Shown here: piece by piece, positions 45,135-55,627 of the stretch | Numbering within the stretch: the first letter of the stretch is position 1 | Layout: each line of letters begins with the position of its first letter | The notes under the pieces: model-generated | Databases searched by the model: none | Told to the model about the DNA's origin: nothing | Seen by the model: only the letters and a program-made list of their open reading frames with translations | Translations under genes and position numbers: made by a program | Assembly (NCBI GenBank): GCA_022711115.1 | Contig: JAKLFP010000005.1 | Span: 8,572-72,571 of the forward strand | DNA: 64,000 nucleotides | Direction of reading: 5' to 3' | From: Candidatus Omnitrophota bacterium | Lineage (GTDB): Bacteria; Omnitrophota; Omnitrophia; Omnitrophales; Aquincolibacteriaceae

Positions 45135-46517
45135 GTGGTGTATCCCATGCTTTCAAGAAATCTTCACGCGACTTTTTTGCGTTTCGCGGCTTGTCTTTTT
45201 GTCATCTCGCTTATAGGTGTTATAAGTGCAGGGTGTGCGCGCTATCGGCCTGACTTTTCCAAAAATGCACCATACTTCCAACGGGTACAGACCCAGGAGA
45301 AAGACAATGTTTCTGTGTCCGTGGTCGGATTGAGCGCGGAGGAGAGCAAGAAAACTTTTGGAGCAAAGCTTGCCAAGAAGAAAATCCTTCCTTTGTGGCT
45401 CAAGATCGAGAACCGCGATCCCAAGAAATCTTACTTCTTTTGGGAGCGGGGAATCGATGCCGACTATTACCCTGCGGGAGAAGCGGCTTATATGCTCAAA
45501 GTAAAGCCGGGGATTCGGTTATTCGACCGGCCTCTCATGCGGCTGCTTTTACCATTGGGTTTTCTCGCGATGCCGATTGACCATTTTTTTGTTCAGCCTG
45601 CCAATGACAAAATGAGAGAGACTTTTACGCGCGAGTCGATCCGGTTTGGATGGATCGCACCGGGAGAGACGAAGTCCGGGTTTATTTTTGTACCTCTCGA
45701 ACTCGGAACAAAGCAGGTGACGGTGGATCTCTATGGTGATGAGATCAAGACGGGAGGGGAAGGCCTGAAGCATTTCAATTTCTTTGTGCAGATTCCAGGA
45801 ATCCAGGCGGATTATCGCACCAAAAAATTCGAAAGCTACTATAGAGCGGACCAAATCAAAGAGATCGCCGATGACAAGGAATTCGCAAAGGAAGTGGTAG
45901 CACTTCCGTGCTGTGTGACGAACGCGAGCGGAACAAAGAACGGAGATCCTGTGAATTTGGTTGTGATCGGGACTCAGGATGAATTGTTGTCGGCATTCAC
46001 GACCGCCAAGTGGGACGAGACCGAGATCTTGTCATTTAAAACAGCGATGAAGATGGCGGGTTCGTTTCTTTTCGGCGAGAGTTATGACTATTCGCCGTTC
46101 AGCTCTCTTTATCTTTACGGACGCAGTCAGGATATCGGGCTTCAAAAAGCGCGCAACATGAATGAACGGTTACACCTCAGACTTTGGTACAGCCCGATCC
46201 GATATAAAGGAAAACCGGTCTGGGTAGGGCAGGTGAGCCGGGATATAGGAGTTCGGTTTACGACCAAGACTTGGAATTTGATGACGCATAAGATCGATCC
46301 GGATATTGATGAATCGGCCGTTTATGTTCTTTCGGATTTAATGTACCACCATCGCATTGCCAAGCAGGGTCCTGTAGGGGGGAGTGTTCCTAGCACTCCT
46401 GAAAAACCCGCCAAGAACCTGACCGGAGATCCCTATTTCACTTCTGGGAAAAGGGTTGTGATCTTACTTTCGGAAAATATTGCCGCGGGTCCTCCGGGTT
46501 GGTTTGATTGGCAATAA
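45135..46517 (+). CDS. lipoprotein with LssY-C-terminal-like domain (paralog A)
   Basis: Lipobox ISAGC. The conserved C-terminal block (NGDPVNLVVIG ... LHLRLW ... GKPVWVGQVSRDIGVRFTTKTWNLMTHKIDPDIDE) is shared with the protein at 58494-59849. Confidence 0.55.
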   Translation: MVYPMLSRNLHATFLRFAACLFVISLIGVISAGCARYRPDFSKNAPYFQRVQTQEKDNVSVSVVGLSAEESKKTFGAKLAKKKILPLWLKIENRDPKKSYFFWERGIDADYYPAGEAAYMLKVKPGIRLFDRPLMRLLLPLGFLAMPIDHFFVQPANDKMRETFTRESIRFGWIAPGETKSGFIFVPLELGTKQVTVDLYGDEIKTGGEGLKHFNFFVQIPGIQADYRTKKFESYYRADQIKEIADDKEFAKEVVALPCCVTNASGTKNGDPVNLVVIGTQDELLSAFTTAKWDETEILSFKTAMKMAGSFLFGESYDYSPFSSLYLYGRSQDIGLQKARNMNERLHLRLWYSPIRYKGKPVWVGQVSRDIGVRFTTKTWNLMTHKIDPDIDESAVYVLSDLMYHHRIAKQGPVGGSVPSTPEKPAKNLTGDPYFTSGKRVVILLSENIAAGPPGWFDWQ

Positions 46518-46712
46518 TAAAAATATTCCGATACAGCGTTTTTTTGATGATGGAGGAGTCAACCTTTGTACTTGAATTTAAAGGGCTTACGTTTAGTATA
46601 AATGCCAATTTCCATTTTGTGAATCTCCATCGATGCGTTGAATATCGGAGTTTACTCCCAAGGCTCAGCACGAACTTTTTTTTTAAAATCATCAACGATT
46701 AAGGAGTCAACT

Positions 46713-47771
46713 ATGTCTATAAAAATTTCCAAGCAGTCTTTTAAAAAAATCATTCCTGTTATTGCCGTCGCGGCAGTCGTGGTTTTTGGTGTCCAGTATT
46801 GGAAGGCGAAGCAGTCGGAATTGCCAAAGGGCATCGCCTCGGGGAACGGGAGGATCGAGGCCAAACTGGTTGATGCTGTCGCTAAGGATGCATTGAGGGT
46901 CAAGGAAATCCTTGTTGATGAAGGAGATCTTGTTAAACCGGGTCAGGTATTGGCTGTTCTGGATACGGCTACATTTGAGTCTCAATTAGCAGAAGCCAAG
47001 CTCAATGCTGTCGCTGCGGAACAACGCGTCGCAACCGCTAATGCTGCCGTGATCAAGCAAAAGAGCCTTCTTGATAACGCAAAGCTCGAGTACGAGCGTA
47101 CAAAAAAGCTTGTCGAACAGAATGCCCTTTCTCAAAGGGAATTCGATGCCCGCACAACATCTCTAGCCACCAATACGGCTGCTCTTGCAGAAGAAGAAGC
47201 GAAGTTGAATACGGCAAAACAAGAGGTCGAAGTGGCTAAGCAGAATATCATAACCATTCAAACCCATATTGATGATGCCACGCTCAAGTCTCCCGTGACC
47301 GGAAGAGTTCTTTATCGCTTGGCTGAGCCAGGGGAAATGCTTGCTGCCGGAGGAAAAGCATTGACGTTAGTAAATTTGGGAGACGTTTATATGGAGATCT
47401 ATCTTCCCTCCGAACAAGCCGCCGGTCTTAAAGTCGGTGCCGAGGCTAGATTGACAGTTGATTTTGCTCCGGGCCGCGCGGCTCGCGGGTATGTCAGTTT
47501 TGTATCTCCCGAGGCGCAATTTACTCCTAAACAGGTCGAAACACGCAGTGAACGGGATAAACTGATGTTTCGGGTCAAGATTCAGGTTCCCAAAGAGTTG
47601 GTGTCTGCCTCTGTGGAACGCATCAAGACGGGGATACGTGGTGTCGGGTATGTCAAAATAAAGGATTCCGCAGTTTGGCCAGAGTGGTTGCAGAATTTAT
47701 GGGTTCCCCCCAGCCAACCGAACACAGAGCCCACTCGACAATCGGCCACTGCTACAGCAATAACGAAGTAA
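46713..47771 (+). CDS. HlyD-family membrane-fusion (periplasmic adaptor) protein
   Basis: N-terminal TM anchor, the biotinyl/lipoyl-like hairpin (VKPGQVLAVLD ... TLKSPVTGRV) and a central coiled coil. AAGGAG RBS upstream. Confidence 0.8.
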   Translation: MSIKISKQSFKKIIPVIAVAAVVVFGVQYWKAKQSELPKGIASGNGRIEAKLVDAVAKDALRVKEILVDEGDLVKPGQVLAVLDTATFESQLAEAKLNAVAAEQRVATANAAVIKQKSLLDNAKLEYERTKKLVEQNALSQREFDARTTSLATNTAALAEEEAKLNTAKQEVEVAKQNIITIQTHIDDATLKSPVTGRVLYRLAEPGEMLAAGGKALTLVNLGDVYMEIYLPSEQAAGLKVGAEARLTVDFAPGRAARGYVSFVSPEAQFTPKQVETRSERDKLMFRVKIQVPKELVSASVERIKTGIRGVGYVKIKDSAVWPEWLQNLWVPPSQPNTEPTRQSATATAITK

Positions 47772-47878
47772 AGCAAATGTTATTCTTGCTGGGGCCTTTC
47801 AAGGTGCTAGAAGGAATCACTTTGTGGGGTAACATCGATTTAACCCCAATGAAATGCATGACTAGAGGAATCTGACCT

Positions 47879-50674
47879 ATGGTGTCTTCTGCTTTCCGAA
47901 CATCTTCGATAGAATCACCTGGAAAACCCGTGGTTTCTATTAAAGATGTGATCCATCGTTATGGCAAAGCCGTAGCACTCAATAACATTTCTCTCGATAT
48001 TCCAAGCGGACTCATGGTTGGGATTATCGGCCCTGACGGTGTCGGCAAATCAACGATTATGGCGTTGATTGCCGGATCCAAAACAATACAGCAAGGAAGC
48101 GTGACAGTTTTGGATGGTGATATGGCAGACATCAAACATCGGCGTGTCGTATGTCCTAAGATTGCGTACATGCCTCAAGGACTGGGGAAAAACCTCTATT
48201 TGGAACTCAGTGTTTATGACAATGTTGCTTTCATGGCGCAACTCTTCGGACTTTCCAAAGAAGAAGTTCCGATACGCGTAAAGCAACTGCTTGAGGCTAC
48301 GGGGCTTGGCCCTTTTGCCAGTCGTCCTGCGGGCAAGCTTTCAGGTGGTATGAAGCAAAAAGTCGGTCTTTGCGGTGCGTTGGTTCATGATCCAGACCTC
48401 CTCATTCTTGATGAACCCACGACGGGCGTCGATCCGCTTTCTCGGCGTCAGTTCTGGACGCTTATTGATGATATCCGTGCTAGCCGGCCTGGTATGAGTG
48501 TTCTCATTTCCACAGCCTACATGGATGAAGCGCAAAAGTGGGACTGGATCGTCGCCATGGATGCCGGCCGCGTGCTGGCAACAGGTACGCCGAAAGAATT
48601 GATGAAGCGGACTAACGCTAAAGATCTTGAGGAATGCTTCATTGGTCTGTTGCCGGAAGAAAAACGCAGAGGACATACCGAACTTGCTATCCCGCCACTC
48701 ACCATCGAAAAATCTGAAATTGTCATTGATGCTAAAGGTCTAACGCGTCGTTTCGGCAGCTTTACAGCAGTGGACCATGTCACTTTGTCGATAGAGTGCG
48801 GCGAGATCTTTGGTTTTCTTGGCTCCAATGGTTGCGGCAAGTCCACTACCATGAAAATGTTAACCGGATTGTTACCTTCTACTGAAGGAACCGCAACTCT
48901 TTTTGGAAGTTCGGTCGAAGCCGGGAGCATGGAAGTACGCAAGAAGCTTGGTTACATGACGCAGGCGTTTTCTCTCTACGGAGAATTGACTGTTCGCCAA
49001 AACCTGGTTCTGGATGCTCTTCTTTATCATATTCCAAAGGAAAAGGCAGATACGCGTATTAAAGAGTTGGTCGAAAAATTTGGCTTAGGTCCACACCTCG
49101 ATTCGTTGGCGGATTCTTTACCGATGGGTTTACGGCAGCGGCTTTCGCTGGCAGTTGCCGTACTTCATGAACCTAAAATATTGATCCTTGATGAACCCAC
49201 TTCGGGGGTCGATCCCGTTGCCCGCGACAGTTTTTGGGAGCTGCTGATCGATCTTTCGAGGAAACAGGGTGTGACGATTTTTATCACCACGCATTTCATG
49301 AACGAAGGTATGCGCTGTGACCGAATCTCGCTTATGAACTCGGGAAAAGTGCTAGCATGTGATGCTCCACAGAAACTGATCGAAGAGCGTGGTGCTACTT
49401 GTTTAGAAGATGCCTTTATCGCCTATATGGAAGACGCGATTGCTGAAAGCCCTTCCGGTGGCAAAGGTAAAGATAAGGCGAAAGGGGATGCTTCCTCAGT
49501 CCAGCAGTCCGGACTTTCTCAAACATCATCAACTCCGTCTTCTTTTCAATTGAAACTTATGCGCATGTTTGCTTATGTTCGTAATGAAACCATGCAGATT
49601 CTTCGTGACCCCGTGCGATTGGTTTTTTCATTCTTGGGATCGGCACTATTGATGCTTGTTTTCGGCTTTGGGATCACGACCGACGTCGAACACGTTCGCT
49701 ATGCCGCATACGATCTTGACCAGTCACCAGAAAGCCGTGCGTATCTTGAGCAATTCGCGGGATCGCCCCGTTACTTTACTCGTACGCCAGAGGTTCGATC
49801 TTCCGCGGAAGGCTTGCATCGGCTTCAAGCAGATGATATTTCGGTACTTCTTGAAATTCCGCCTAATTTCGGCAGAAATTTCCGCAGGGGAAATAGTCCC
49901 GATATCCTGGCTCAGGTGGATGGCGCCATGACATTCCGTGGCGAGACGGTTGCCCAGTATGTTCAAGGCGTCAATGATAAGATGCTGCAGAATCCTGCGA
50001 TGGGATTGCAAACGGGTGCTCCGAAATACACCGCTCAATTTCAAGAACGCTATATGTACAATCCAACGTTCGAAAGTGTTTTTGCAATCGTGCCGAGTGT
50101 TCCGGCCTTGTTGCTTGTTTTGATTCCGGCGATTCTCATGGCAGTGAGTATTGTGCGCGAAAAAGAGCTTGGTTCCATGATTAACTTTTATGTGACGCCG
50201 ACAGGAAAACTGGAATACCTTCTTGGAAAACAATTACCCTACATCGCGATAGCGTTGCTCAACTTTGTGATCCTAGCCATAATGGCGCGATTTGTTTTTG
50301 GTGTGCCTATCAAAGGCAGTTTTCTATTTTTGACGTTGTGCACGTTGCTTTATGTGACGACGACCACGGGTATCGGGATGGTCATATCGACTTTTACCAG
50401 CAGCCAGGTTGCGGCTGTGTTTGTGACTGCGATTCTCACGATTACACCTACGGTTCAATTTTCAGGCTTGTTGCAACCCGTCTCGACACTGATGGGAAGA
50501 GCACGGCTCTTTGGGACATTCTGGCCCACCACTTATTACATGCATTCGAGTGTGGGAGCTTATACCAAGGGAATCAGTGCCTGGCTCATGATGCCGGACA
50601 TCATTTATCTTGCTTGTTGTATCCCGATTCTTTGGGCAATCAGTATGCTTGGCCTTAGAAAGCAGGAGAAATAA
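47879..50674 (+). CDS. fused ABC transporter: two ATP-binding domains plus an ABC-2 permease domain (RbbA/YhiH-like)
   Basis: Two Walker A sites (GPDGVGKST; GSNGCGKST), two ABC signatures (LSGGMKQKV; LPMGLRQRL), two Walker B sites (LLILDEPT; ILILDEPT), then a 6-TM ABC-2 domain. Confidence 0.85.
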   Translation: MVSSAFRTSSIESPGKPVVSIKDVIHRYGKAVALNNISLDIPSGLMVGIIGPDGVGKSTIMALIAGSKTIQQGSVTVLDGDMADIKHRRVVCPKIAYMPQGLGKNLYLELSVYDNVAFMAQLFGLSKEEVPIRVKQLLEATGLGPFASRPAGKLSGGMKQKVGLCGALVHDPDLLILDEPTTGVDPLSRRQFWTLIDDIRASRPGMSVLISTAYMDEAQKWDWIVAMDAGRVLATGTPKELMKRTNAKDLEECFIGLLPEEKRRGHTELAIPPLTIEKSEIVIDAKGLTRRFGSFTAVDHVTLSIECGEIFGFLGSNGCGKSTTMKMLTGLLPSTEGTATLFGSSVEAGSMEVRKKLGYMTQAFSLYGELTVRQNLVLDALLYHIPKEKADTRIKELVEKFGLGPHLDSLADSLPMGLRQRLSLAVAVLHEPKILILDEPTSGVDPVARDSFWELLIDLSRKQGVTIFITTHFMNEGMRCDRISLMNSGKVLACDAPQKLIEERGATCLEDAFIAYMEDAIAESPSGGKGKDKAKGDASSVQQSGLSQTSSTPSSFQLKLMRMFAYVRNETMQILRDPVRLVFSFLGSALLMLVFGFGITTDVEHVRYAAYDLDQSPESRAYLEQFAGSPRYFTRTPEVRSSAEGLHRLQADDISVLLEIPPNFGRNFRRGNSPDILAQVDGAMTFRGETVAQYVQGVNDKMLQNPAMGLQTGAPKYTAQFQERYMYNPTFESVFAIVPSVPALLLVLIPAILMAVSIVREKELGSMINFYVTPTGKLEYLLGKQLPYIAIALLNFVILAIMARFVFGVPIKGSFLFLTLCTLLYVTTTTGIGMVISTFTSSQVAAVFVTAILTITPTVQFSGLLQPVSTLMGRARLFGTFWPTTYYMHSSVGAYTKGISAWLMMPDIIYLACCIPILWAISMLGLRKQEK

Positions 50675-50676
50675 CC

Positions 50677-51801
50677 ATGAATTCGTTGCTGAACATTTTT
50701 TGGCTTGGGCTCAAGGAGATTCGCAGTTTGATTAGCGATAAAGTGATGCTTTTATTCGTGATTTACGCTTTCACGATGGCCGTCTACATTCAGGCGACTG
50801 GGACCTCGAATGAAGTCAACAACGCTTCGATTGCTTTTGTGGATGAAGATAATTCCGCCTTGTCAAAAGAACTCTTCAATGCGTTCTACCCACCACGCTT
50901 TCAGATCCCTAAGAAAATTAATGCGCATGAGGTCGAAACCGCTATGGATAAAGGGCAGTTTATGTTTGTGGTGGTCATTCCGCCTCAATTTGAATCCGAC
51001 CTTCGTGCTGGGCGTAATCCGGAAATTCAAATTAATATCGATGCCACAGCGATGCAACAAGCCAGCATTGGCACGAATTACATCAAAAATATCATTAACA
51101 AACGCATCTCAAATTTTCTTAAACGTACAGATGAAAAAACCACGATGCCTGTGAATCTCATCGTTCGCAAACTTTTTAATCCCAACGGAGTGTCTTCTTG
51201 GTTTTTGAGTGTGGTGGCTATCATCAATCAGATCTCTTTGCTGACGATCGTGTTGACGGGTGCTGCGGTTATTCGCGAACGTGAGCATGGAACATTGGAA
51301 CACCTGCTCGTCATGCCGCTCACCGCTTTTGAGATCGCAATGGCAAAAGTTTGGGCTAATGGTCTGGTGATTCTGATCGCTACAGCCGTTTCGCTTTTTG
51401 GTGTCGTGGAAATGGCTCTGAAAGTGCCCTTTGCCGGTTCGCACTTGCTGTGGTTTTTTGGCGTCATTCTCTATTTGTTCTTTGCCACGGCACTCGGGAT
51501 ATTTTTAGGGACCATTTCGCGTTCGATGGCTCAATTCGCTCTTTTGATCATCTTGGTCATTCTTATGTTGATGCTCCTCTCAGGAGGATCGACGCCTGTC
51601 GAAAGCCAACCCGAGTGGCTTCAGCGCCTGACTTTCTTTTTACCGTCACGACATTTTGTGAGTTTTTCACAAGTGATCATTTATCGTGGCGGCGGGCTGA
51701 ATGCGGTTTGGAGTCAATTTTTGATGGTCAGCGCGATGGGTCTCGGATTTTTCATTTACAGTCTTGCGCTTTTTAGAAAATCAATCGCAGTCACGAAATA
51801 A
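50677..51801 (+). CDS. ABC-2 family permease (YhhJ-like)
   Basis: 374 aa with an N-terminal TM segment, a large periplasmic loop and 5 C-terminal TM segments. It starts 2 nt after the upstream stop. Confidence 0.8.
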   Translation: MNSLLNIFWLGLKEIRSLISDKVMLLFVIYAFTMAVYIQATGTSNEVNNASIAFVDEDNSALSKELFNAFYPPRFQIPKKINAHEVETAMDKGQFMFVVVIPPQFESDLRAGRNPEIQINIDATAMQQASIGTNYIKNIINKRISNFLKRTDEKTTMPVNLIVRKLFNPNGVSSWFLSVVAIINQISLLTIVLTGAAVIREREHGTLEHLLVMPLTAFEIAMAKVWANGLVILIATAVSLFGVVEMALKVPFAGSHLLWFFGVILYLFFATALGIFLGTISRSMAQFALLIILVILMLMLLSGGSTPVESQPEWLQRLTFFLPSRHFVSFSQVIIYRGGGLNAVWSQFLMVSAMGLGFFIYSLALFRKSIAVTK

Positions 51802-51829
51802 GTTTAATCATCGTAGAGGAGAACATTCA

Positions 51830-53233
51830 ATGAAGCAGACGACCCTTTTTCTTATTCTTGCCGTATTCGTTTCTGGTTGTGCGATCGGGCCGCGCTACCG
51901 TGAGCCGAAAATGGAACTACCTCAAAGCTACCGCAGTTACAAGACCGTAGAACAGGGTGAGGCCATGGTCAATATGCCGTGGTGGAAAGTTTTCAATGAC
52001 CAGACCCTGCAAGAGTTGATTCGGGAAACTCTTGCCAATAACTACGATCTTCGGGCGGCAGCTGCGCGCGTTGATGAGGCGCGAGCCCAGGTAGGCGTGA
52101 CGCGGTCTCAGATCATGCCTCATACCGATCTGACAAGCAGTGTTTCGCGGGATCGCAATTCCAAAGATCTTTATCCATGGTTGGAGCCACTTACATCCAC
52201 CTATACTGGCGGGTTCAATACGGCGTGGGAAGTTGATCTTTGGGGAAAGATCCGTCAGTCTATCCGGGCTTCCAAGGCTGAATTTTTGGCCACCGAAGAT
52301 GCGCGTCGGGGTGTGATGGTGACCCTTGTGGCCGATGCGGCTCAAACTTATTTCACAATCCTTGAGCTTGATCTTGAACTGGATATTGCCACTAAGACGC
52401 TTAAAACTCGGAGTGACAATTTAGATCTATTCAGGAAGCGCTTTCAAGGTGGTACTGCTTCAGGGCTTGAAGTGGCTCGGGCCGAAGCAGACTATCAACA
52501 AACCGCCGCAAATATTCCCGAGATCGAACGTCAGATCGCGATCCAGGAAAATAAGCTATCGGCGTTGTTGGGAAGGAATCCTGGGCCGATCCAGAGAACG
52601 GCTACCCTTGACAAGCAATCCTTCGTGCCCGCCATGCCCGGATCCGGTCTTCCGTCCGAAGTATTGAAGCGGCGTCCGGATATTATGGGAGCGGAACAAA
52701 TGGTGCGTGCGGCGAACGCGACGGTGGGCGTTAAGGTCGACGAATTCTTACCGCTCGTGAATCTAAACAATTTTGTTGGCGGTGCTGGCGAACGCCCTTC
52801 AAAGGTTTTTGATTCGGATGGGTATACTTGGACAATCGGTGGAGATGTGAAGATGCCTCTCTTCCAAGGTGGGAAAAATGTCTATAACTATAAAGCCGCT
52901 AAAGCGCAATGGCAGCAGTCGGTCGCGTATTATAAACAGACGGTAGTGACTGCATTCCATGAGGTAGCGGACGCGTTGGTCGGTATTGAAAAGATAAAAA
53001 AGGTCCGTGAAGAACAAGAGAAACAGGTAGAGGCACTCAAAGAGTCTGCCAAGCTTTCACTATCACGCTATGACGCCGGGCTTTCCAGCTACATCGAGGT
53101 TCTAGATGCCGACCAGCAATATTATAGCGCACAGACTTCTCTTGCAAAAACCCAAGGCTCTCAGTTGATCTATTATGTTCAACTTTATCGAGCGCTTGGC
53201 GGCGGTTGGCAGCCTGAAGAGACCAAGAAATAA
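51830..53233 (+). CDS. efflux transporter outer-membrane factor lipoprotein (NodT/OprM family)
   Basis: Lipobox VSGCA, PRYxxP-like motif (GPRYREPK) and TolC-like repeat blocks. RBS GAGGAG upstream; the ORF-track start at 51764 was rejected. Confidence 0.8.
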   Translation: MKQTTLFLILAVFVSGCAIGPRYREPKMELPQSYRSYKTVEQGEAMVNMPWWKVFNDQTLQELIRETLANNYDLRAAAARVDEARAQVGVTRSQIMPHTDLTSSVSRDRNSKDLYPWLEPLTSTYTGGFNTAWEVDLWGKIRQSIRASKAEFLATEDARRGVMVTLVADAAQTYFTILELDLELDIATKTLKTRSDNLDLFRKRFQGGTASGLEVARAEADYQQTAANIPEIERQIAIQENKLSALLGRNPGPIQRTATLDKQSFVPAMPGSGLPSEVLKRRPDIMGAEQMVRAANATVGVKVDEFLPLVNLNNFVGGAGERPSKVFDSDGYTWTIGGDVKMPLFQGGKNVYNYKAAKAQWQQSVAYYKQTVVTAFHEVADALVGIEKIKKVREEQEKQVEALKESAKLSLSRYDAGLSSYIEVLDADQQYYSAQTSLAKTQGSQLIYYVQLYRALGGGWQPEETKK

Positions 53234-53270
53234 AGATTTTTTGAAGATAGTTATTACGAGATCTTAATCT

Positions 53271-54563
53271 ATGACCGAATCGAATCTTGATTTTACAATA
53301 CAAAAACTTGGTGAATGCCGTTTCTCTTCACCTGTCTCAGACAGACATTTTTTGACGGATAACGATCTGTTGCTTTATCACTCCCAATTAAAAGATTTCA
53401 AGCCCTACTCCGATATGTGGCAAAATTTACCGGCCATGGAATTGGCGGGCCCCAGGGATAAAATCTTTTTTGATCCGAACGAGTTGAATTGCGGCATCGT
53501 GACGTGCGGCGGTCTTTGTCCAGGGCTGAATGATGTGGTGCGGGCCGTGGTCATGGAACTTCACTATGGCTATGGTGTCAAAAAAGTTCTTGGGTTCCGT
53601 TATGGCTATGAAGGATTAGTGGAAAAGTTCGGACATATTCCTGCGGAGTTGACGCCGCAAAATGTTAGCAGGATTCATGAAATGGGCGGGACGATTTTAG
53701 GTTCGTCACGCGGAAATCAAGACCCGTGTGAAATGGTAGACAGGCTTCAGGCTTTGAAGATCGGGGTTTTATTCACGCTCGGAGGGGACGGAACACTGCG
53801 GGGGGCTCATGCAATCTATGAAGAGATCACAAGGCGTGGTTTGAACATTGCGGTTATCGGAATTCCAAAAACGATCGATAATGATATTTCGTTCGTACAG
53901 AAAACTTTTGGATTGGAAACAGCCGTCAGCGAGGCTCGGCGTTTCACTTATGCAGCCCACAGTGAGGCGACGGGTGCCCGCAACGGGATCGGACTTGTGA
54001 AACTCATGGGGAGGGACTCCGGATTTATTGCGGCTTATACATCCCTTGCGGACAGTCAGGTCAATTTCTGTCTGGTCCCGGAGTCGGTGTTTACGCTCGA
54101 AGGTTTTTTAAAAGCCTTGCAAAAAAGGATCGAAGCCAAGGGGCATGCTGTGATTTTGGTGGCGGAAGGGGCCGGACAGGATCTGATCGTAAAAGATGTG
54201 ACGCGAAAGAAAGATATGTCGGGGAATATTCTTCATGAAGACATAGGGGGTTTCCTTCGCGATGAGATCAAAGCCTATTTCAAGGAAATCGGAGTTGAGA
54301 CCAGCGTCAAATATATCGATCCCAGCTATACCATCCGAAGTATGCCGGCCAATGCCCATGATTCCGCGTTCTGTCTTCTTTTAGGACATGCCGCAGTCCA
54401 TGCCGGCATGTCAGGTCGGACCGATATGATGGTGGGTTCCTGGAAAGGGGAAGCGACGCATATTCCCATTTCTTTGGCAATCTCTAAGCGTAAAAAAATC
54501 GATCTTCACGGTTGGTTATGGGAAACCGTTCTCGCCTCGACGGGTCAACCCCGAGTGATGTAA
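53271..54563 (+). CDS. pfk: 6-phosphofructokinase (long, group III-like)
   Basis: GGDGT, PKTIDND and GLCPGLND motifs. It carries Gly in GGDG but Lys in PKTIDND. Confidence 0.85.
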   Translation: MTESNLDFTIQKLGECRFSSPVSDRHFLTDNDLLLYHSQLKDFKPYSDMWQNLPAMELAGPRDKIFFDPNELNCGIVTCGGLCPGLNDVVRAVVMELHYGYGVKKVLGFRYGYEGLVEKFGHIPAELTPQNVSRIHEMGGTILGSSRGNQDPCEMVDRLQALKIGVLFTLGGDGTLRGAHAIYEEITRRGLNIAVIGIPKTIDNDISFVQKTFGLETAVSEARRFTYAAHSEATGARNGIGLVKLMGRDSGFIAAYTSLADSQVNFCLVPESVFTLEGFLKALQKRIEAKGHAVILVAEGAGQDLIVKDVTRKKDMSGNILHEDIGGFLRDEIKAYFKEIGVETSVKYIDPSYTIRSMPANAHDSAFCLLLGHAAVHAGMSGRTDMMVGSWKGEATHIPISLAISKRKKIDLHGWLWETVLASTGQPRVM

Positions 54564-55483
54564 TTTTGAATTTCTTAGATTCCGTTAAACTTAAAGCAGG
54601 CACGTGTTTCAAAGAAAAATTTCCGAAAGCAACTTCTTTTTTGACACGGAAGCACTGGGTTGCAATATTCACCCTATTTTGTTTTTTGTCCAGCTCTTGT
54701 GCGACGATTTCGCCGGATGTCCGGCGTTCTAAAGCGGACAACATGGCAGAATTAACCGGCTTCAAGAAAGAGATGGTTAAAACCGATCCCTTCCTTCTAA
54801 CTGCTTACGCGCGCCTTTCGGAGCCCGGGAAACCGATTCACATCTATATTGAAGGGGACGGTTATGCTTGGGTAACACCGTCAAGAGTTTCCGGGGATCC
54901 GACCCCCCGTGATCCCATGGTGCTTTCGTTGGCGGCCGAAGATCCCGCTTCTAATGTGGTTTATCTAGCGAGACCATGCCAATACACTTCTATGGGAAGC
55001 AATCCGGAATGTGAAGCTTTTTTTTGGACGAGCGGCCGGTTTTCGGAAGAAGTGGTGCGGTCCATGAGCCAAGCTGTTTCCTATGTCGCCGCTAGCGTAA
55101 AATCTTCTGAGATCCATTTGATTGGGTATTCCGGTGGCGCGGCTGTCGCAGTATTGATCGCTGCTAGGCGGCAGGACGTTAAAAGTTTGCGGACTATCGC
55201 GGGCAATCTTGATCCTGAACTCGTGAATCGACGTCATGGCGTGAACCAACTTAAAGGATCTTTAGATCCACTTGATGTTGCTGACCGTGTTGCTTCCATT
55301 CCGCAGATTCATTTTGTGGGGGGCGACGATACGGTTATTCCTTTGGAAGTCACAGGTTCTTTTTTGGAAAAAATGGGGAATGATCGGTGTTTTCAGATTC
55401 AATCTCTTCCCGAAGCTTCCCATAAAGACGGTTGGAGGGATCACTGGAAGGAACTGCTTCGCTTGCCTTTGCGGTGTCAGTAG
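54512..55483 (+). CDS. alpha/beta-hydrolase-fold lipoprotein (start uncertain)
   Basis: GYSGGA (GxSxG nucleophile elbow) and a lipoprotein-like FLSSSCA. The ORF overlaps the pfk 3' end by 52 nt; an in-frame TTG at 54641 is a plausible alternative start. Confidence 0.5.
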   Translation: MVMGNRSRLDGSTPSDVILNFLDSVKLKAGTCFKEKFPKATSFLTRKHWVAIFTLFCFLSSSCATISPDVRRSKADNMAELTGFKKEMVKTDPFLLTAYARLSEPGKPIHIYIEGDGYAWVTPSRVSGDPTPRDPMVLSLAAEDPASNVVYLARPCQYTSMGSNPECEAFFWTSGRFSEEVVRSMSQAVSYVAASVKSSEIHLIGYSGGAAVAVLIAARRQDVKSLRTIAGNLDPELVNRRHGVNQLKGSLDPLDVADRVASIPQIHFVGGDDTVIPLEVTGSFLEKMGNDRCFQIQSLPEASHKDGWRDHWKELLRLPLRCQ

Positions 55484-55560
55484 AATTTATCTGATGCAAC
55501 ATCAAGCTCAGGGAGGCTTCGGGCAGACCGCCGGTAGTTTTATAAGGCAATAATTAAAAT

Positions 55561-55590
55561 TTGACAAACGGAACGAGATAGGGCATATTA
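55561..55590 (+). promoter_or_regulatory. sigma70-like promoter candidate (TTGACA, about 17-19 nt, CATATT/TATTAA)
   Basis: Perfect -35 hexamer at 55561-55566 with a weak -10. A second perfect TATAAT lies at 55774-55779, just upstream of the cspA RBS. Confidence 0.3.
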
Positions 55591-55627
55591 ACACCGTAGT
55601 AAGCAAAGAGGTAGAACAAGCTTTGTA

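Noticed and set aside
46508-46702. 64-aa ORF upstream of the HlyD gene and the duplicated AGGAGTCAAC motif
   Set aside because: The ORF has no RBS and is hydrophobic low complexity. The repeated AGGAGTCAAC is a 10-mer occurring twice, once as the genuine HlyD RBS, which is not enough to call a regulatory repeat.
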